A stretch of 40,023 nt of DNA from Zoogloea sp. (GTDB lineage: Bacteria > Pseudomonadota > Gammaproteobacteria > Burkholderiales > Rhodocyclaceae): assembly GCA_023150125.1 (NCBI GenBank), contig JAKLLM010000002.1:1-40023 (forward strand). The letters are read 5' to 3'. Of the stretch, positions 30,538-39,953 are shown one piece after another. The translations under genes and the position numbers were made by a program. A model generated the notes under the pieces. It worked only from the letters and a program-made list of their open reading frames with translations, had not been told where the DNA came from and did no database searches. Position 1 is the first letter of the stretch. Each line of letters starts with the position of its first letter.

Positions 30538-31311
30538 TCAGGCGTCGTCGAGCAGCCCGCGGGGCTTGCGCCCCGCGCGGGCGAACACCCGGTCGAAGAG
30601 CGGGTTGGGCAGGAGGCGCAGCAGCTTGGCCACCACGCCCATCTGCCAGGGGATCACCGTGTAACCGGTGCCGGCGTCGATGGCCCGCGCGAAGCGCCGC
30701 GCGGCCTCGTCGGCCGGCAGCATGAAGGGCATCGGGTAAGTATTGACGGCGGTCATCGGCGTCTCGATGTAGCCCGGCGCGATGGTGACCACCTTCACAC
30801 CACTGCCATGCAGTTCGACGCGCAGGCTCTCGAGGTAGGCGATCACCGCGGCCTTCGACGCGCTGTAGGCCCCCGCTCCCGGCAGGCCGCGGATGCCCGC
30901 CACCGACGCGATGCCCACCAGCCGCCCCTGGCCGCGTTCGCGCATCGGCGCAACGAAGGGCTGGAAGGTGGCGACCATGCCGAGCACGTTGGTACGCAGC
31001 ACCCGCTCGAAGGCGGCCAGATCGCCGGCCTCCTCAGTGAGGGTCCCGACCGACACGCCGGCGTTGGCGATCACCACGTCGGGCAGCCCGAAGCGCCCAA
31101 TGAAATCAGCCGCCGCCTCGGCCAGTGCAACCGGCGCAGCCACGTCGAGGCGATACACCGCGTGCTCGCCGGGCAGGCTGCGGGCGAGCGCGTCGAGGGC
31201 GTCCCGCCGGCGGCCGACCAGCCCTAGCGTGGCTCCGCCGGCGGCATAGTGGCGCGCAAGGGCCGCTCCGATGCCGCTCGAGGCGCCGGTGATGAAGACC
31301 CGCAATGGCAT
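30538..31311 (-). CDS. Short-chain dehydrogenase/reductase
   Basis: [11 protein letters not shown] and YSASK; usual position after dsbA. Confidence 0.9.
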   Translation of the reverse strand: MPLRVFITGASSGIGAALARHYAAGGATLGLVGRRRDALDALARSLPGEHAVYRLDVAAPVALAEAAADFIGRFGLPDVVIANAGVSVGTLTEEAGDLAAFERVLRTNVLGMVATFQPFVAPMRERGQGRLVGIASVAGIRGLPGAGAYSASKAAVIAYLESLRVELHGSGVKVVTIAPGYIETPMTAVNTYPMPFMLPADEAARRFARAIDAGTGYTVIPWQMGVVAKLLRLLPNPLFDRVFARAGRKPRGLLDDA

Positions 31312-31336
31312 GGGGGGATGAATCGGGAGATCGGCA

Positions 31337-31360
31337 GATGCCGCCCGGGCGGGCGGCATC
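31337..31360. other. GC-rich hairpin in the dsbA-SDR spacer
   Basis: GATGCCGCCC-GGGC-GGGCGGCATC. Confidence 0.5.
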
Positions 31361-31366
31361 GCCAGC

Positions 31367-32005
31367 TTACTTGCGGCCCTGCTCGCCGCGGGCGCGGACG
31401 ATCAGCTGGTCGGCCGACTTGAGCGCCGCCTCGTGGCTGCCCGCGATCGATGCCGAGGTGAAGTACTTGCCGTCGATGGCCAGCAACGGCACGCCCTGGA
31501 CCTTGTAGTTGCGGCCCAGCTCTTCGATGCGCTTGAGGCGCACATTGACGTTGAAGGAGCGATAGGCTTCGGCAAACTTCTTCGCGTCGATGCCCTTCTT
31601 GACCGCCCATTCCTGGGCGCCTGCCTCGGTGTGCAGCGGCAGCTTCTCGGACTGCACCGCGTCGAAGATCTGCCCGTGCAGGCGGGCGTGGTCGCCGGTG
31701 GTCTCGAGGGTCAGGAAGAGCTTGGCCAGGCCGATCAGCTGCGGGTTGCCCCAGGTCACCGGCACGCGGACGAAAGCCACGTCGGCCGGCAGCTTCTTGA
31801 CCCACAGGTCGAGCAGCGGGTCGAAGCTCTTGCAGTGGGGGCAGCCGTAGTGGAAGAACTCCAGGACTTCGACCTTGCCCTTGGCCTCGGTGGGCTGGGG
31901 CGGCGCCACCAGCTCGTAACCCGCCGGCTGGGCCAGCGCGGGCAGCCCGACACTGCCGAGAACCGCCAGCGCGGAAAGCTGTTTGAGGACGTCACGACGC
32001 TGCAT
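31367..32005 (-). CDS. dsbA: Thiol:disulfide interchange protein DsbA
   Basis: EFFHYGCPHC and cis-Pro GVP; AGGAG RBS before MQRRDVLK; argS-SPOR-dsbA synteny. Confidence 0.93.
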   Translation of the reverse strand: MQRRDVLKQLSALAVLGSVGLPALAQPAGYELVAPPQPTEAKGKVEVLEFFHYGCPHCKSFDPLLDLWVKKLPADVAFVRVPVTWGNPQLIGLAKLFLTLETTGDHARLHGQIFDAVQSEKLPLHTEAGAQEWAVKKGIDAKKFAEAYRSFNVNVRLKRIEELGRNYKVQGVPLLAIDGKYFTSASIAGSHEAALKSADQLIVRARGEQGRK

Positions 32006-32034
32006 TACGCTTACTCCTAGGTTCTTCAAAGCAC

Positions 32035-32820
32035 TCATTGAGGGGCCGGAACGGGTTTTGGTTCCTTCGGCTTGATCTTCACGACCGCAGTGCTGATGCC
32101 GCTCGCGCTGAGCTGCTCGCGGGCCTTGGTCATCACGTCCTGGCCCATGTAGGGGCCGACGCGCACCCGGTGCATGGTGCCCTTGTCGGGCACCTCGACC
32201 TTCTGCACGCTGGCCTCCACCCCCATCAACGCAAGACGCGCCTTGAGGTTGTCCGCCTCGGACGGGTCTTCGAAGGCGCCGGCCTGCAGGTAGAACTTCT
32301 CGGGCGCCACCGGCTTGTCGAGGAGGGCCGCCTCGGCCTTGGCGCGCTCGGCCTCGTCCCTGGTCTTGTCGCCCTTGTCGGCGGCCTTTTCGTCCCTGGC
32401 GGGCTTGGCTGCCTCGTCGGCCTTGGCCGGCTTGGGCTTGTCGGCCTTGTCGGCCTTGTCGGCCTTCTCGGGCTTGACGATCTCGGTGGTCTCCTCGGGC
32501 TTTTCCGGGGCGGGGAGCGCATCGGAGCCCTTGGGCAGCACGTTGTAGAAATCGAAGCGCGGCTTCTCGACGGGCTTGTCGCCCGCCTTGCCGGGCAGGG
32601 CGATGGGCTCGCTGGCGGGCCGCGGCGGCTGGGGCGCCGGCGCCGGTTTGTCGTCCGGCTTGGCCTTCGGGAAGGGCGACGACGAGGTGAAGTACAGCGC
32701 GATGCCCGCCGCGACCAGCGCACCGAGGATCAGGCCGACGAAAATCCCCACCAGGGTGCTCCCCCGGCTGGCCGACTTGGGTTTCTTGGTCTGCAGGCGA
32801 GGCTTTTGATCGCGGGTCAT
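32035..32820 (-). CDS. SPOR domain cell-division protein (FtsN-like)
   Basis: N-terminal TM, FDFYNVLP, K/A/D-rich linker, and C-terminal YLQAGAF...HRVRVGPY. Confidence 0.88.
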   Translation of the reverse strand: MTRDQKPRLQTKKPKSASRGSTLVGIFVGLILGALVAAGIALYFTSSSPFPKAKPDDKPAPAPQPPRPASEPIALPGKAGDKPVEKPRFDFYNVLPKGSDALPAPEKPEETTEIVKPEKADKADKADKPKPAKADEAAKPARDEKAADKGDKTRDEAERAKAEAALLDKPVAPEKFYLQAGAFEDPSEADNLKARLALMGVEASVQKVEVPDKGTMHRVRVGPYMGQDVMTKAREQLSASGISTAVVKIKPKEPKPVPAPQ

Positions 32821-32832
32821 GACAGTCCGGAA

Positions 32833-34566
32833 TTACATCGAATCGGGAGCGGAGACACCCAGCAGCGCCAGGCCGTTGCGGATCACCTGGCGCACCGCGG
32901 CGGCCAGCGCCAGGCGGGCCAGCTTGAGGCCTTCGTCGTCCACCAGCATGCGCTCGGCGTTGTAGTAGCTGTGGAACTCGCCGGCCAGGTCCTTGAGGTA
33001 GAAGGCGATCTGGTGCGGCGCGTAGTCGGCAGCGGCGTTCTGGACGACCTCGGGGAAGGCGGTGAGGCGCGCGCACAGGGCGAGCTCGCGCTCGTTGTCG
33101 AGGCGGGCGAGGTCGGCACCGGAGAGGTCGGCCAGCACGCCGTTCCACTGGCCGAGCACCGAGCACAGGCGGGCGTGGGCGTACTGGATGTAATACACCG
33201 GGTTCTCGTTGCTCTGGCTCTTGGCGAGGTCGAGGTCGAAGTCGAGGTGCTGGTCGGCCTTGCGCAGCACGTAGAAGAAGCGGCAGGCGTCGTTGCCGAC
33301 TTCGTTGCGCAGCTCGCGCAGGGTGACGAACTCGCCGGAGCGGGTGGACATCGCCGCCTTCTGGCCGTCGCGGTACAGCACCGCAAACTGCACCAGCGCC
33401 ACGTCGAGCTTCTCGGGCGGCAGGCCGAGCGCCTGCAGCGCGCCCTTCACCCGGGGGATGTAGCCGTGGTGGTCGGCGCCCCAGATGTCGATGATGCGGT
33501 CGAAGCCGCGCTCGTACTTGTTGGCGTGGTAGGCGATGTCGGAGGCGAAATAGGTGAACAGGCCGTTCTCGCGCTGCACCACGCGGTCCTTCTCGTCGCC
33601 GAAGGCGGTGGAGCGGAACCACTTGGCGCCGTCCTGCACATAAAGGTGGCCGCGGGCCTCGAGCTCGGTGACGGCCTTCTCGACCAGCCCGGTGTCGAAC
33701 AGAGAGCGCTCGGAGAACCACTTGTCGAAGGTGACGCCGAACTCTTCGAGGTCCTCGCGGCCGTCGCCGAGCTGCTCGGTGAGCGCGAAGCCGTGCACCC
33801 AGGCGTAGTCGGAGCCGAGCAGGCTCTTGGCGTTGGCGATCAGCGCATCGAGGTGGCCTTCCTTGTCGGCCTCGACGGTGGGCGCGCCCTGCAGCACGTC
33901 GGCCGCGCTCACCTTGGCGAAGCGGTCGGCGTGGGCCTCCTTGATCTGGGCCGCCATGTCCTTCACGTAGTCGCCCTGGTAGGCGTTGGGCGGGAAGGCG
34001 ACGGCGATGCCGAAGAGGTCGAGGTAACGCAGCCAGGTGGACAGCGCCAGGATGTCCATCTGCCGGCCGGCGTCGTTGATGTAGTACTCGCGGGTCACGT
34101 CGAAGCCGGCAAAGTCGAGCACATCGGAGAGCGACGCGCCGTAGGCCGCGCCGCGGCCGTGGCCGACGTGGAGCGGGCCGGTGGGGTTGGCGGAGACGAA
34201 CTCGACCTGCACCTTGACGCCGCTCTTCTGGCCGCGGCCGAAGGCCTCGCCCTGCTCGAGCACGCGCTGCACGACGGCCGTCTTGGCGTCGGAGGCCAGC
34301 GTGAAGTTGATGAAGCCGGCGCCGGCCACTTCGGCCTTGGCGACCAGGCTGGAGGCCGGCAGCTCGGCCAGCAGCAGGTTGGCGAGGTCGCGCGGGTTGC
34401 GCTTCAGGGGCTTGGCGAGCTGCAGGGCCAGGTTGCTCGCGAAATCCCCGTGACCGGCCTGCTTCGGACGCTCCAGGTTGATGGGGGTATCGGCCTGATC
34501 GGGGGCCACGCTGAGGAGCGCGGCACGCAGGAGGTCGGCAAGCTGGGTCTTGGAATCGGCGCTCAT
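32833..34566 (-). CDS. argS: Arginine--tRNA ligase
   Basis: EFVSANPTGPLHVGH (HIGH), GADHHGY, MSTRSG and YIQYAHAR. Confidence 0.98.
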   Translation of the reverse strand: MSADSKTQLADLLRAALLSVAPDQADTPINLERPKQAGHGDFASNLALQLAKPLKRNPRDLANLLLAELPASSLVAKAEVAGAGFINFTLASDAKTAVVQRVLEQGEAFGRGQKSGVKVQVEFVSANPTGPLHVGHGRGAAYGASLSDVLDFAGFDVTREYYINDAGRQMDILALSTWLRYLDLFGIAVAFPPNAYQGDYVKDMAAQIKEAHADRFAKVSAADVLQGAPTVEADKEGHLDALIANAKSLLGSDYAWVHGFALTEQLGDGREDLEEFGVTFDKWFSERSLFDTGLVEKAVTELEARGHLYVQDGAKWFRSTAFGDEKDRVVQRENGLFTYFASDIAYHANKYERGFDRIIDIWGADHHGYIPRVKGALQALGLPPEKLDVALVQFAVLYRDGQKAAMSTRSGEFVTLRELRNEVGNDACRFFYVLRKADQHLDFDLDLAKSQSNENPVYYIQYAHARLCSVLGQWNGVLADLSGADLARLDNERELALCARLTAFPEVVQNAAADYAPHQIAFYLKDLAGEFHSYYNAERMLVDDEGLKLARLALAAAVRQVIRNGLALLGVSAPDSM

Positions 34567-34594
34567 GGCAAAAAACTGCGACTAAAAGTCCCGG

Positions 34595-34600
34595 ATTATA
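34595..34600 (-). promoter_or_regulatory. Putative -10 element for argS
   Basis: Perfect TATAAT on the minus strand about 30 nt upstream of the ATG; no good -35. Confidence 0.45.
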
Positions 34601-34686
34601 TCGAAGCGGGGGGCATCCCGGCGGCCGCGCTCACGCCGGGCGCCAACAAAGTGCGGCGGAGGTGACGAAGCCCCGCCGGATGGCGT

Positions 34687-35391
34687 ATGTTTGAGGGATC
34701 ACGCAGCCCAGCGAGTCACGCCGTGAATCTTCGCCGCCGTACCCATTGCCGCCTCCGGTCCTCCCTCCGCCGTGGCGCCGCCGCCGTGCTGGGGGCCGCA
34801 GGCCTGCTGGCCGCCGGCAGCGCGCTGGCCGACGCCCCCACCCTCGATTGGCGCCTGCCGCTGCCGGCGGGCGTAGGCTGGCGCGTCGTCGAGTGGCGCG
34901 AAGGCCAGGGCGTCCGCCACGAGGAATACATCCCCCGCGGCCAGGGCCTCGAAGACTACCGCGACCGCCTGCTGGTGCAGCGCTTCGCCGACCAGGGCAT
35001 GAGCCCCGACGTCTACCTCGGCCACATCGCCAGCGGCCTCGCCTCCCACTGCAGCCCCTTCACCACCAGCGGCCTCACCAGCGGCGAGCGCGACGGCCTG
35101 CCCCACGCCACCCGCACCGCCTACTGCGGGCGCTTCGGCGAGCGTGATTACGGCTACGTGGTGGCCCAGAAGGCCATCCGCGACGGCGACCACCTCTTCG
35201 TGGTCGAGCGGGAATGGCGCCTGCCGCCCTTCGGCGTCGATGCCGACGGCCTCGCCCGCCTCGACTTCGGCACGCCCGCCGCCGACGAAGCCCTCAAGCG
35301 CGACATCCGCAACACCGTGCGCTGGCTCGTCGAGCAGGTCCATCCGGGCGTCCAGCCGCCACCGCCCGAGCGCCCGCGCAAGCGGCGCTGA
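34687..35391 (+). CDS. Hypothetical exported protein (start may be GTG 34723 or later)
   Basis: Coding-like codon bias; signal-like segment RRGAAAVLGAAGLLAAGSALA; no family recognised. Confidence 0.7.
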   Translation: MFEGSRSPASHAVNLRRRTHCRLRSSLRRGAAAVLGAAGLLAAGSALADAPTLDWRLPLPAGVGWRVVEWREGQGVRHEEYIPRGQGLEDYRDRLLVQRFADQGMSPDVYLGHIASGLASHCSPFTTSGLTSGERDGLPHATRTAYCGRFGERDYGYVVAQKAIRDGDHLFVVEREWRLPPFGVDADGLARLDFGTPAADEALKRDIRNTVRWLVEQVHPGVQPPPPERPRKRR

Positions 35392-35460
35392 AGCCGGCAC
35401 GCCGCTTTCACCGCCCGGGCTTTCCGGGCACAATCCGCGTTTTCCTTCCCAGCTGCCGCC

Positions 35461-36987
35461 GTGCGCCTCTTTCGCCTCGTCAAGATCATCTCCGTCAGCC
35501 TGAAATACGGCCTCGACCAGATGATCCTCTCCAACGAGCCGACCGGCCGGCTCGCCTGGCTCAGCCGCTACCGCCGCCGCTTCGACGAGCCCGCCGGCGC
35601 CCGCCTGCGCCAGGCCCTCGAATCCCTCGGGCCGATCTTCGTCAAGTTCGGCCAGATGCTGTCCACCCGCCGCGACCTGCTGCCGCCGGCCATCGCCGAA
35701 GAGCTCGCCCGCCTTCAGGACCGCGTGCCGCCTTTCTCCACCGAAGAAGCCCTGGCCCAGCTCCACGCCGCCTACGGCAAGCCGGTGGACGAAGTCTTCG
35801 CCCGCTTCGACCGCGAGCCGGTGGCCTCGGCCTCGATCGCCCAGGTCCATTTCGCCCAGCTGCCCGACGGTACCGAAGTGGCGGTCAAGATCCTGCGCCC
35901 GGGCATCGCCCCCGTCATCACCCACGACCTGGCCCTCCTCGACGCAGCCGCCACGGTGCTCGAAAAGGTGTGGCCCGAAGGCCGTCGCCTCAAGCCCCGC
36001 GAGGTGGTGGCCGAGTTCTCCAAATACCTGCGCGACGAGCTCGACCTGATGCGCGAGGCCGCCAACTGCTCGCAGCTGCGGCGCAACTTCAAGGATTCCG
36101 AGCTGCTGGTGGTGCCCGAAGTGCACTGGGACTGGTGCACCACCAACGTGATGGTGATGGAACGCATGAAGGGCATCCCCATCTCCCAGCTCGACAACCT
36201 GCGCGCCAACGGCATCGACCTCAAGGCCCTGTCCCGGGCCGGCGTCGAGATCTTCTTCACCCAGGTCTTCCGCGACGGCTTCTTCCACGCCGACATGCAC
36301 CCGGGCAACATCTTCGTCGCCACCGAAGGCCCGGCCCGCGGGCGCTACATCGCGCTGGATTTCGGCATCATCGGCACCCTCAACGATTCCGACAAGAAGT
36401 ACCTCGCCACCAACTTCCTGGCCTTCTTCCAGCGCGACTACCGGCGCGTGGCGCTGGCCCACATCGAGGCCGGCTGGGTGCCCGCCCACACCCGGGTGGA
36501 CGAGTTCGAGGGCGCCATCCGCGCCGTCTGCGAGCCGATCTTCGACCGCCCGCTCAAGGACATCTCCTTCGGCAAGACCCTGCTGCGCCTGTTCCAGACC
36601 GCCCGCCGCTTCGAGATGGAAGTCCAGCCCCAGCTCGTGCTGCTGCAGAAGACCCTGCTCAACATCGAGGGCCTCGGCCGCCAGCTCGACCCCGACCTCG
36701 ACCTCTGGAAGACCGCCAAGCCCTTCCTGGAGCGCTGGATGAACGACCAGATCGGCTGGCGCGCGCTGATAGGCCAGCTCAAGAACGAAGCCCCCGACTG
36801 GGCCGGCACCCTGCCCCAGCTGCCGCGCCTGATCCACCAGCACCTCACCGCCCCCCACAACGACGCCCTGCCCGCCCAGGTCGCCCGGCTGGCCGACGAG
36901 ACCCGCCGCCAGAACCGCTGGATCGCCGCGATGGCCGGCCTGCTGGCGGTGCTGATCGGCCTCGAGGCCTGGCACTGGCTGCACTGA
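35461..36987 (+). CDS. ubiB: Ubiquinone biosynthesis regulatory kinase UbiB
   Basis: [43 protein letters not shown] and [10 protein letters not shown]. Confidence 0.96.
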   Translation: MRLFRLVKIISVSLKYGLDQMILSNEPTGRLAWLSRYRRRFDEPAGARLRQALESLGPIFVKFGQMLSTRRDLLPPAIAEELARLQDRVPPFSTEEALAQLHAAYGKPVDEVFARFDREPVASASIAQVHFAQLPDGTEVAVKILRPGIAPVITHDLALLDAAATVLEKVWPEGRRLKPREVVAEFSKYLRDELDLMREAANCSQLRRNFKDSELLVVPEVHWDWCTTNVMVMERMKGIPISQLDNLRANGIDLKALSRAGVEIFFTQVFRDGFFHADMHPGNIFVATEGPARGRYIALDFGIIGTLNDSDKKYLATNFLAFFQRDYRRVALAHIEAGWVPAHTRVDEFEGAIRAVCEPIFDRPLKDISFGKTLLRLFQTARRFEMEVQPQLVLLQKTLLNIEGLGRQLDPDLDLWKTAKPFLERWMNDQIGWRALIGQLKNEAPDWAGTLPQLPRLIHQHLTAPHNDALPAQVARLADETRRQNRWIAAMAGLLAVLIGLEAWHWLH

Positions 36988-37082
36988 AGCCCGCGCCTTC
37001 CCGCCGCGCGCCTGCGGCCTGAACGAATGGGCCACCCGGCCGCTCCAACGGGCAGGACTTCCGCCCACCTGCGAGGATCATC

Positions 37083-39212
37083 ATGCCTGCCCCGTTCGTG
37101 CCCTCCCGCCCGGTCCGCATCGTCGGCGTCGGCTCCTGCCTCGGCGCCCCCATCTTCGGCCCCGCCGCCGGGCCGCGTGCCCTGCGCGCCCTCGGCCTCG
37201 ACGCCCAGCTCCGCCAGCGCGGCGTGCGCGCCCACTGGGACATCCTGTTCGAGCCCTCCGCCCCCAAGCCGCCCCACCCGCCGATGCCCGAGCGCCTGGC
37301 CCTGGTCAGCAACCTGCTGCACGACCTCGCCGACCGCGTCGCCGGCATCTGCGACGATGGCGCGATCCCCCTCGTGCTGGGGGGCGACCACGCCATCGGC
37401 GCCGGCACCTGGCGCGGCGTCGCCCGCAGCCTGGCGCCCCGCGGCAAGCTCGGCCTGATCTGGATCGACGCCCACCTCGACGCCCACACCGAGCGCAGCA
37501 CCCACACCGGCAACATCCACGGCATGCCCCTGTCGGCGCTGCTGGGGGTCGGCCACGAAGCCCTCACCGGCCTGCCCGGCCCGCACCTCGACCCGGCCCA
37601 CGTGGCCATCGTCGGCGCCCGCTCGTGGGAGCCCGAAGAGCTGGAGCTGCTCCAGAAGCTGGGCGTCAAGATCTTCTTCATGCCCGAAGTGCAGGCCCGC
37701 GGCCTGCCCGCCGTGCTGTGCGAAGCCATGACGATCGCCCGCGAAGGCACCGCCGGCTTTGGCGTGTCGGTGGACCTCGACTCGATGGACTGCGCCGCTC
37801 TGCCCGCCACCACCTGCCTGGTGCCCGACGGCCTCGACCCGCAGGAGCTCGTCGACGCCCTCCACGGCCTGCGCAGCTGCGCCGACCTGATGGCCCTCGA
37901 GATCGTCGAATACGTGCCCGAGCGCGACCGCGACGGCAGCGGCGCCGGCTGGGTGCGCGACCTCGCCGCCGCCGCCCTCGGCCCCACCACCGCCCAGCTG
38001 CGCCAGCGCGAGGACACCTTCGGCGCCCGCAACTACGCCCCGCTGCCGGTGGTGTTCACCCGCGGCGAAGGCGTCTGGCTGTGGGACGTCGAAGGCCGGC
38101 GCTACCTCGACATGATGAGCGCCTACTCGGCGGTCAGCTTCGGCCACAGCCACCCGCGCCTGGTGCGCGCCCTCACCGAACAGGCCGGCCGGCTGGCCCT
38201 CACCTCGCGGGCCTACTCCAACGACCGCCTGCCGCTGATGCTCGAACGCCTGTCGGCGCTGCTCGGCTACGACCGGGCGCTGCCGGTCAACACCGGCCTC
38301 GAAGCCGTCGAGACCGCCATCAAGGCCGCCCGCAAATGGGCCTACAAGGTCAAGGGCGTGGCCGACGGCCAGGCCGAGATCATCGTCTGCGCCAACAACT
38401 TCCACGGCCGCTCCACCACCATCGTCGGCTTCTCCTCCGAGGCCCAGTACCGGGACGGCTTCGGCCCCTTCGCGCCGGGCTTCTGCAGCATCCCCTACGG
38501 CGATGTGGCGGCCCTCGAAGCCGCCATCACGCCCAGCACCGCAGCCTTTTTGTTCGAACCCATCCAGGGCGAAGGCGGCATCGTGATCCCGCCCGCCGGC
38601 TGGCTCGCCCGCTGCGCCGAAGTCTGCCGCCAACACAACGTGCTGCTGATCGCCGACGAGGTGCAGACCGGCCTCGGCCGCACCGGCCGCCTGCTCGCCT
38701 GCGAGCACGAGGGCGTGCGCCCCGACGGGGTGATCCTCGGCAAGGCCCTCGGCGGCGGCCTGCTGCCCGTCTCCGCCTTCCTGGCCGACGACACGCTGAT
38801 GCAGGTATTCCGCCCGGGCGACCACGGCTCCACCTTCGGTGGCAACCCGCTCGCCTCCGCCGTCGCCGACGAGGCCCTGCGCCTCCTCGCCGACGAGAGC
38901 CTGGCCGAGCGCGCCGCCCGCCTCGGCGCCACCTTCCTGGCCCGGCTGCAGGCCATCGAGAGCCCGCTGATCCGCGAGGTGCGCGGCCGCGGGCTCCTGA
39001 TCGGCATGGAACTCGACACCCGCCGCATCAACGCCCGCACCGCCGCCGAATGGCTGCTCGCCCGCGGCCTGATGACCAAGGACACCCACGACAGCGTGCT
39101 GCGCTTCGCCCCGCCGCTGATCGTCGGCGAGCCCGAGCTCGAATGGGCCGCCGAAGTCATCGAAGACGCCCTGGCCGACCTGGCCACCCGCTTTCCCGGA
39201 GCCCCAGCATGA
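37083..39212 (+). CDS. rocD: Fusion protein: arginase (RocF-like, about 37083-37980) plus ornithine aminotransferase (RocD, about 37990-39212)
   Basis: Arginase motifs GGDH, DAHLD, GNIHGMP, DLD and VEY. OAT motifs NYAPLPVV, SAYSAVSFGH, NTGLEAVETA, FHGRS, EPIQGEGG, DEVQTG, GKALGGG (PLP Lys) and HGSTFGGNP. One 709-aa ORF. Confidence 0.93.
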   Translation: MPAPFVPSRPVRIVGVGSCLGAPIFGPAAGPRALRALGLDAQLRQRGVRAHWDILFEPSAPKPPHPPMPERLALVSNLLHDLADRVAGICDDGAIPLVLGGDHAIGAGTWRGVARSLAPRGKLGLIWIDAHLDAHTERSTHTGNIHGMPLSALLGVGHEALTGLPGPHLDPAHVAIVGARSWEPEELELLQKLGVKIFFMPEVQARGLPAVLCEAMTIAREGTAGFGVSVDLDSMDCAALPATTCLVPDGLDPQELVDALHGLRSCADLMALEIVEYVPERDRDGSGAGWVRDLAAAALGPTTAQLRQREDTFGARNYAPLPVVFTRGEGVWLWDVEGRRYLDMMSAYSAVSFGHSHPRLVRALTEQAGRLALTSRAYSNDRLPLMLERLSALLGYDRALPVNTGLEAVETAIKAARKWAYKVKGVADGQAEIIVCANNFHGRSTTIVGFSSEAQYRDGFGPFAPGFCSIPYGDVAALEAAITPSTAAFLFEPIQGEGGIVIPPAGWLARCAEVCRQHNVLLIADEVQTGLGRTGRLLACEHEGVRPDGVILGKALGGGLLPVSAFLADDTLMQVFRPGDHGSTFGGNPLASAVADEALRLLADESLAERAARLGATFLARLQAIESPLIREVRGRGLLIGMELDTRRINARTAAEWLLARGLMTKDTHDSVLRFAPPLIVGEPELEWAAEVIEDALADLATRFPGAPA

Positions 39213-39559
39213 GCGAAAAACTCGACCGTCTCGTCCTCGAAGCCCGCCGCGCCGCCGACAAGCGCGCCGAGGGCTACCGCGAGAGAGCCCTCAAGATCTA
39301 CCCGTGGATCTGCGGCCGCTGCGCCCGCGAGTTCACCCCCGCCAACCTGCGCGAACTCACCGTGCACCACCGCGACCACAACCACGACAACAACCCGCCC
39401 GACGGCAGCAACTGGGAGCTGCTGTGCCTCTACTGCCACGACAACGAGCACCAGCGCCAGCTCGAAGCCACCCAAGGCAACGTGAGTGCCAAGCAACCGG
39501 GCAAGGCCGCGACCCACAACCCGTTTGCAGCGCTGGCGGGCCTGATCAAGAAAGAGTGA
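39209..39559 (+). CDS. yajD: YajD-family HNH nuclease
   Basis: GYRERALK.YPWICGRC.REF, LTVHHRDHNHDNNP.DGSNWELLCLYCHDNEH; ATGA overlap with the upstream stop. Confidence 0.92.
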   Translation: MSEKLDRLVLEARRAADKRAEGYRERALKIYPWICGRCAREFTPANLRELTVHHRDHNHDNNPPDGSNWELLCLYCHDNEHQRQLEATQGNVSAKQPGKAATHNPFAALAGLIKKE

Positions 39560-39578
39560 GGTCAGGGGGTGCCGCAAG

Positions 39579-39953
39579 CATGGCGAGCAATCCCCGATGG
39601 CCTTGCGGTATCTGTTCCTCGCCGCCGGTTTTTTCGGGAGCGGGATGAAAAGATTGCTTCGGGGGATCTTTTTATCCCTCAGTGCGCCCCAAAAATACGA
39701 ATCCCCCGCGCCTCTTTCGCCCAGCCGGAATCTTGAAACCCCAAACGGGTCCAGCTTGATCCCGATAGGCTCCCAAAAGATTCCGCAGTGCGCCCCAAAA
39801 TAAGCGCGGAGGGATCTTTTGATCCCGTTTCCGCACCGGCAGAAAGCGGCGCGGGGATCTTTATTTCACTGCTGGCAATTAAAAGATTGCCAACAGTGAT
39901 TAATCGGGAGGTTTTCGGGATCAGGCCGCAGGCCGGCACGATCTGACCGCCTG
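39579..39953. repeat. Non-coding array of degenerate 16-bp palindromes (about GGGATCTTTTNATCCC) phased at about 21 bp
   Basis: Full or half sites start at 39579, 39642, 39663, 39727, 39748, 39769, 39811, 39854, 39875, 39896, 39917 and 39938. A direct repeat CAGTGCGCCCCAAAA occurs at 39680 and 39786. Confidence 0.75.

Noticed and set aside
32330-32475. 9-bp CTTGTCGGC repeats
   Set aside because: They encode the low-complexity ADK linker of the SPOR protein, which is ordinary for this family.
39680-39808. TGCGCCCCAAAA repeats as NtrC boxes
   Set aside because: Spacing and right half do not fit TGCAC-N7-GTGCA, and there is no convincing sigma54 -24/-12 element in the remaining sequence.
39660-39870. 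oriC interpretation (GATCTTT motifs resemble DUE 13-mers)
   Set aside because: No cluster of TTATCCACA DnaA boxes and no dnaA/gidA context in the window.
39579-39953. CRISPR array interpretation of the terminal repeats
   Set aside because: Units are degenerate, in mixed orientation and 21 bp apart, with no 30-40 bp unique spacers and no cas genes in the window.
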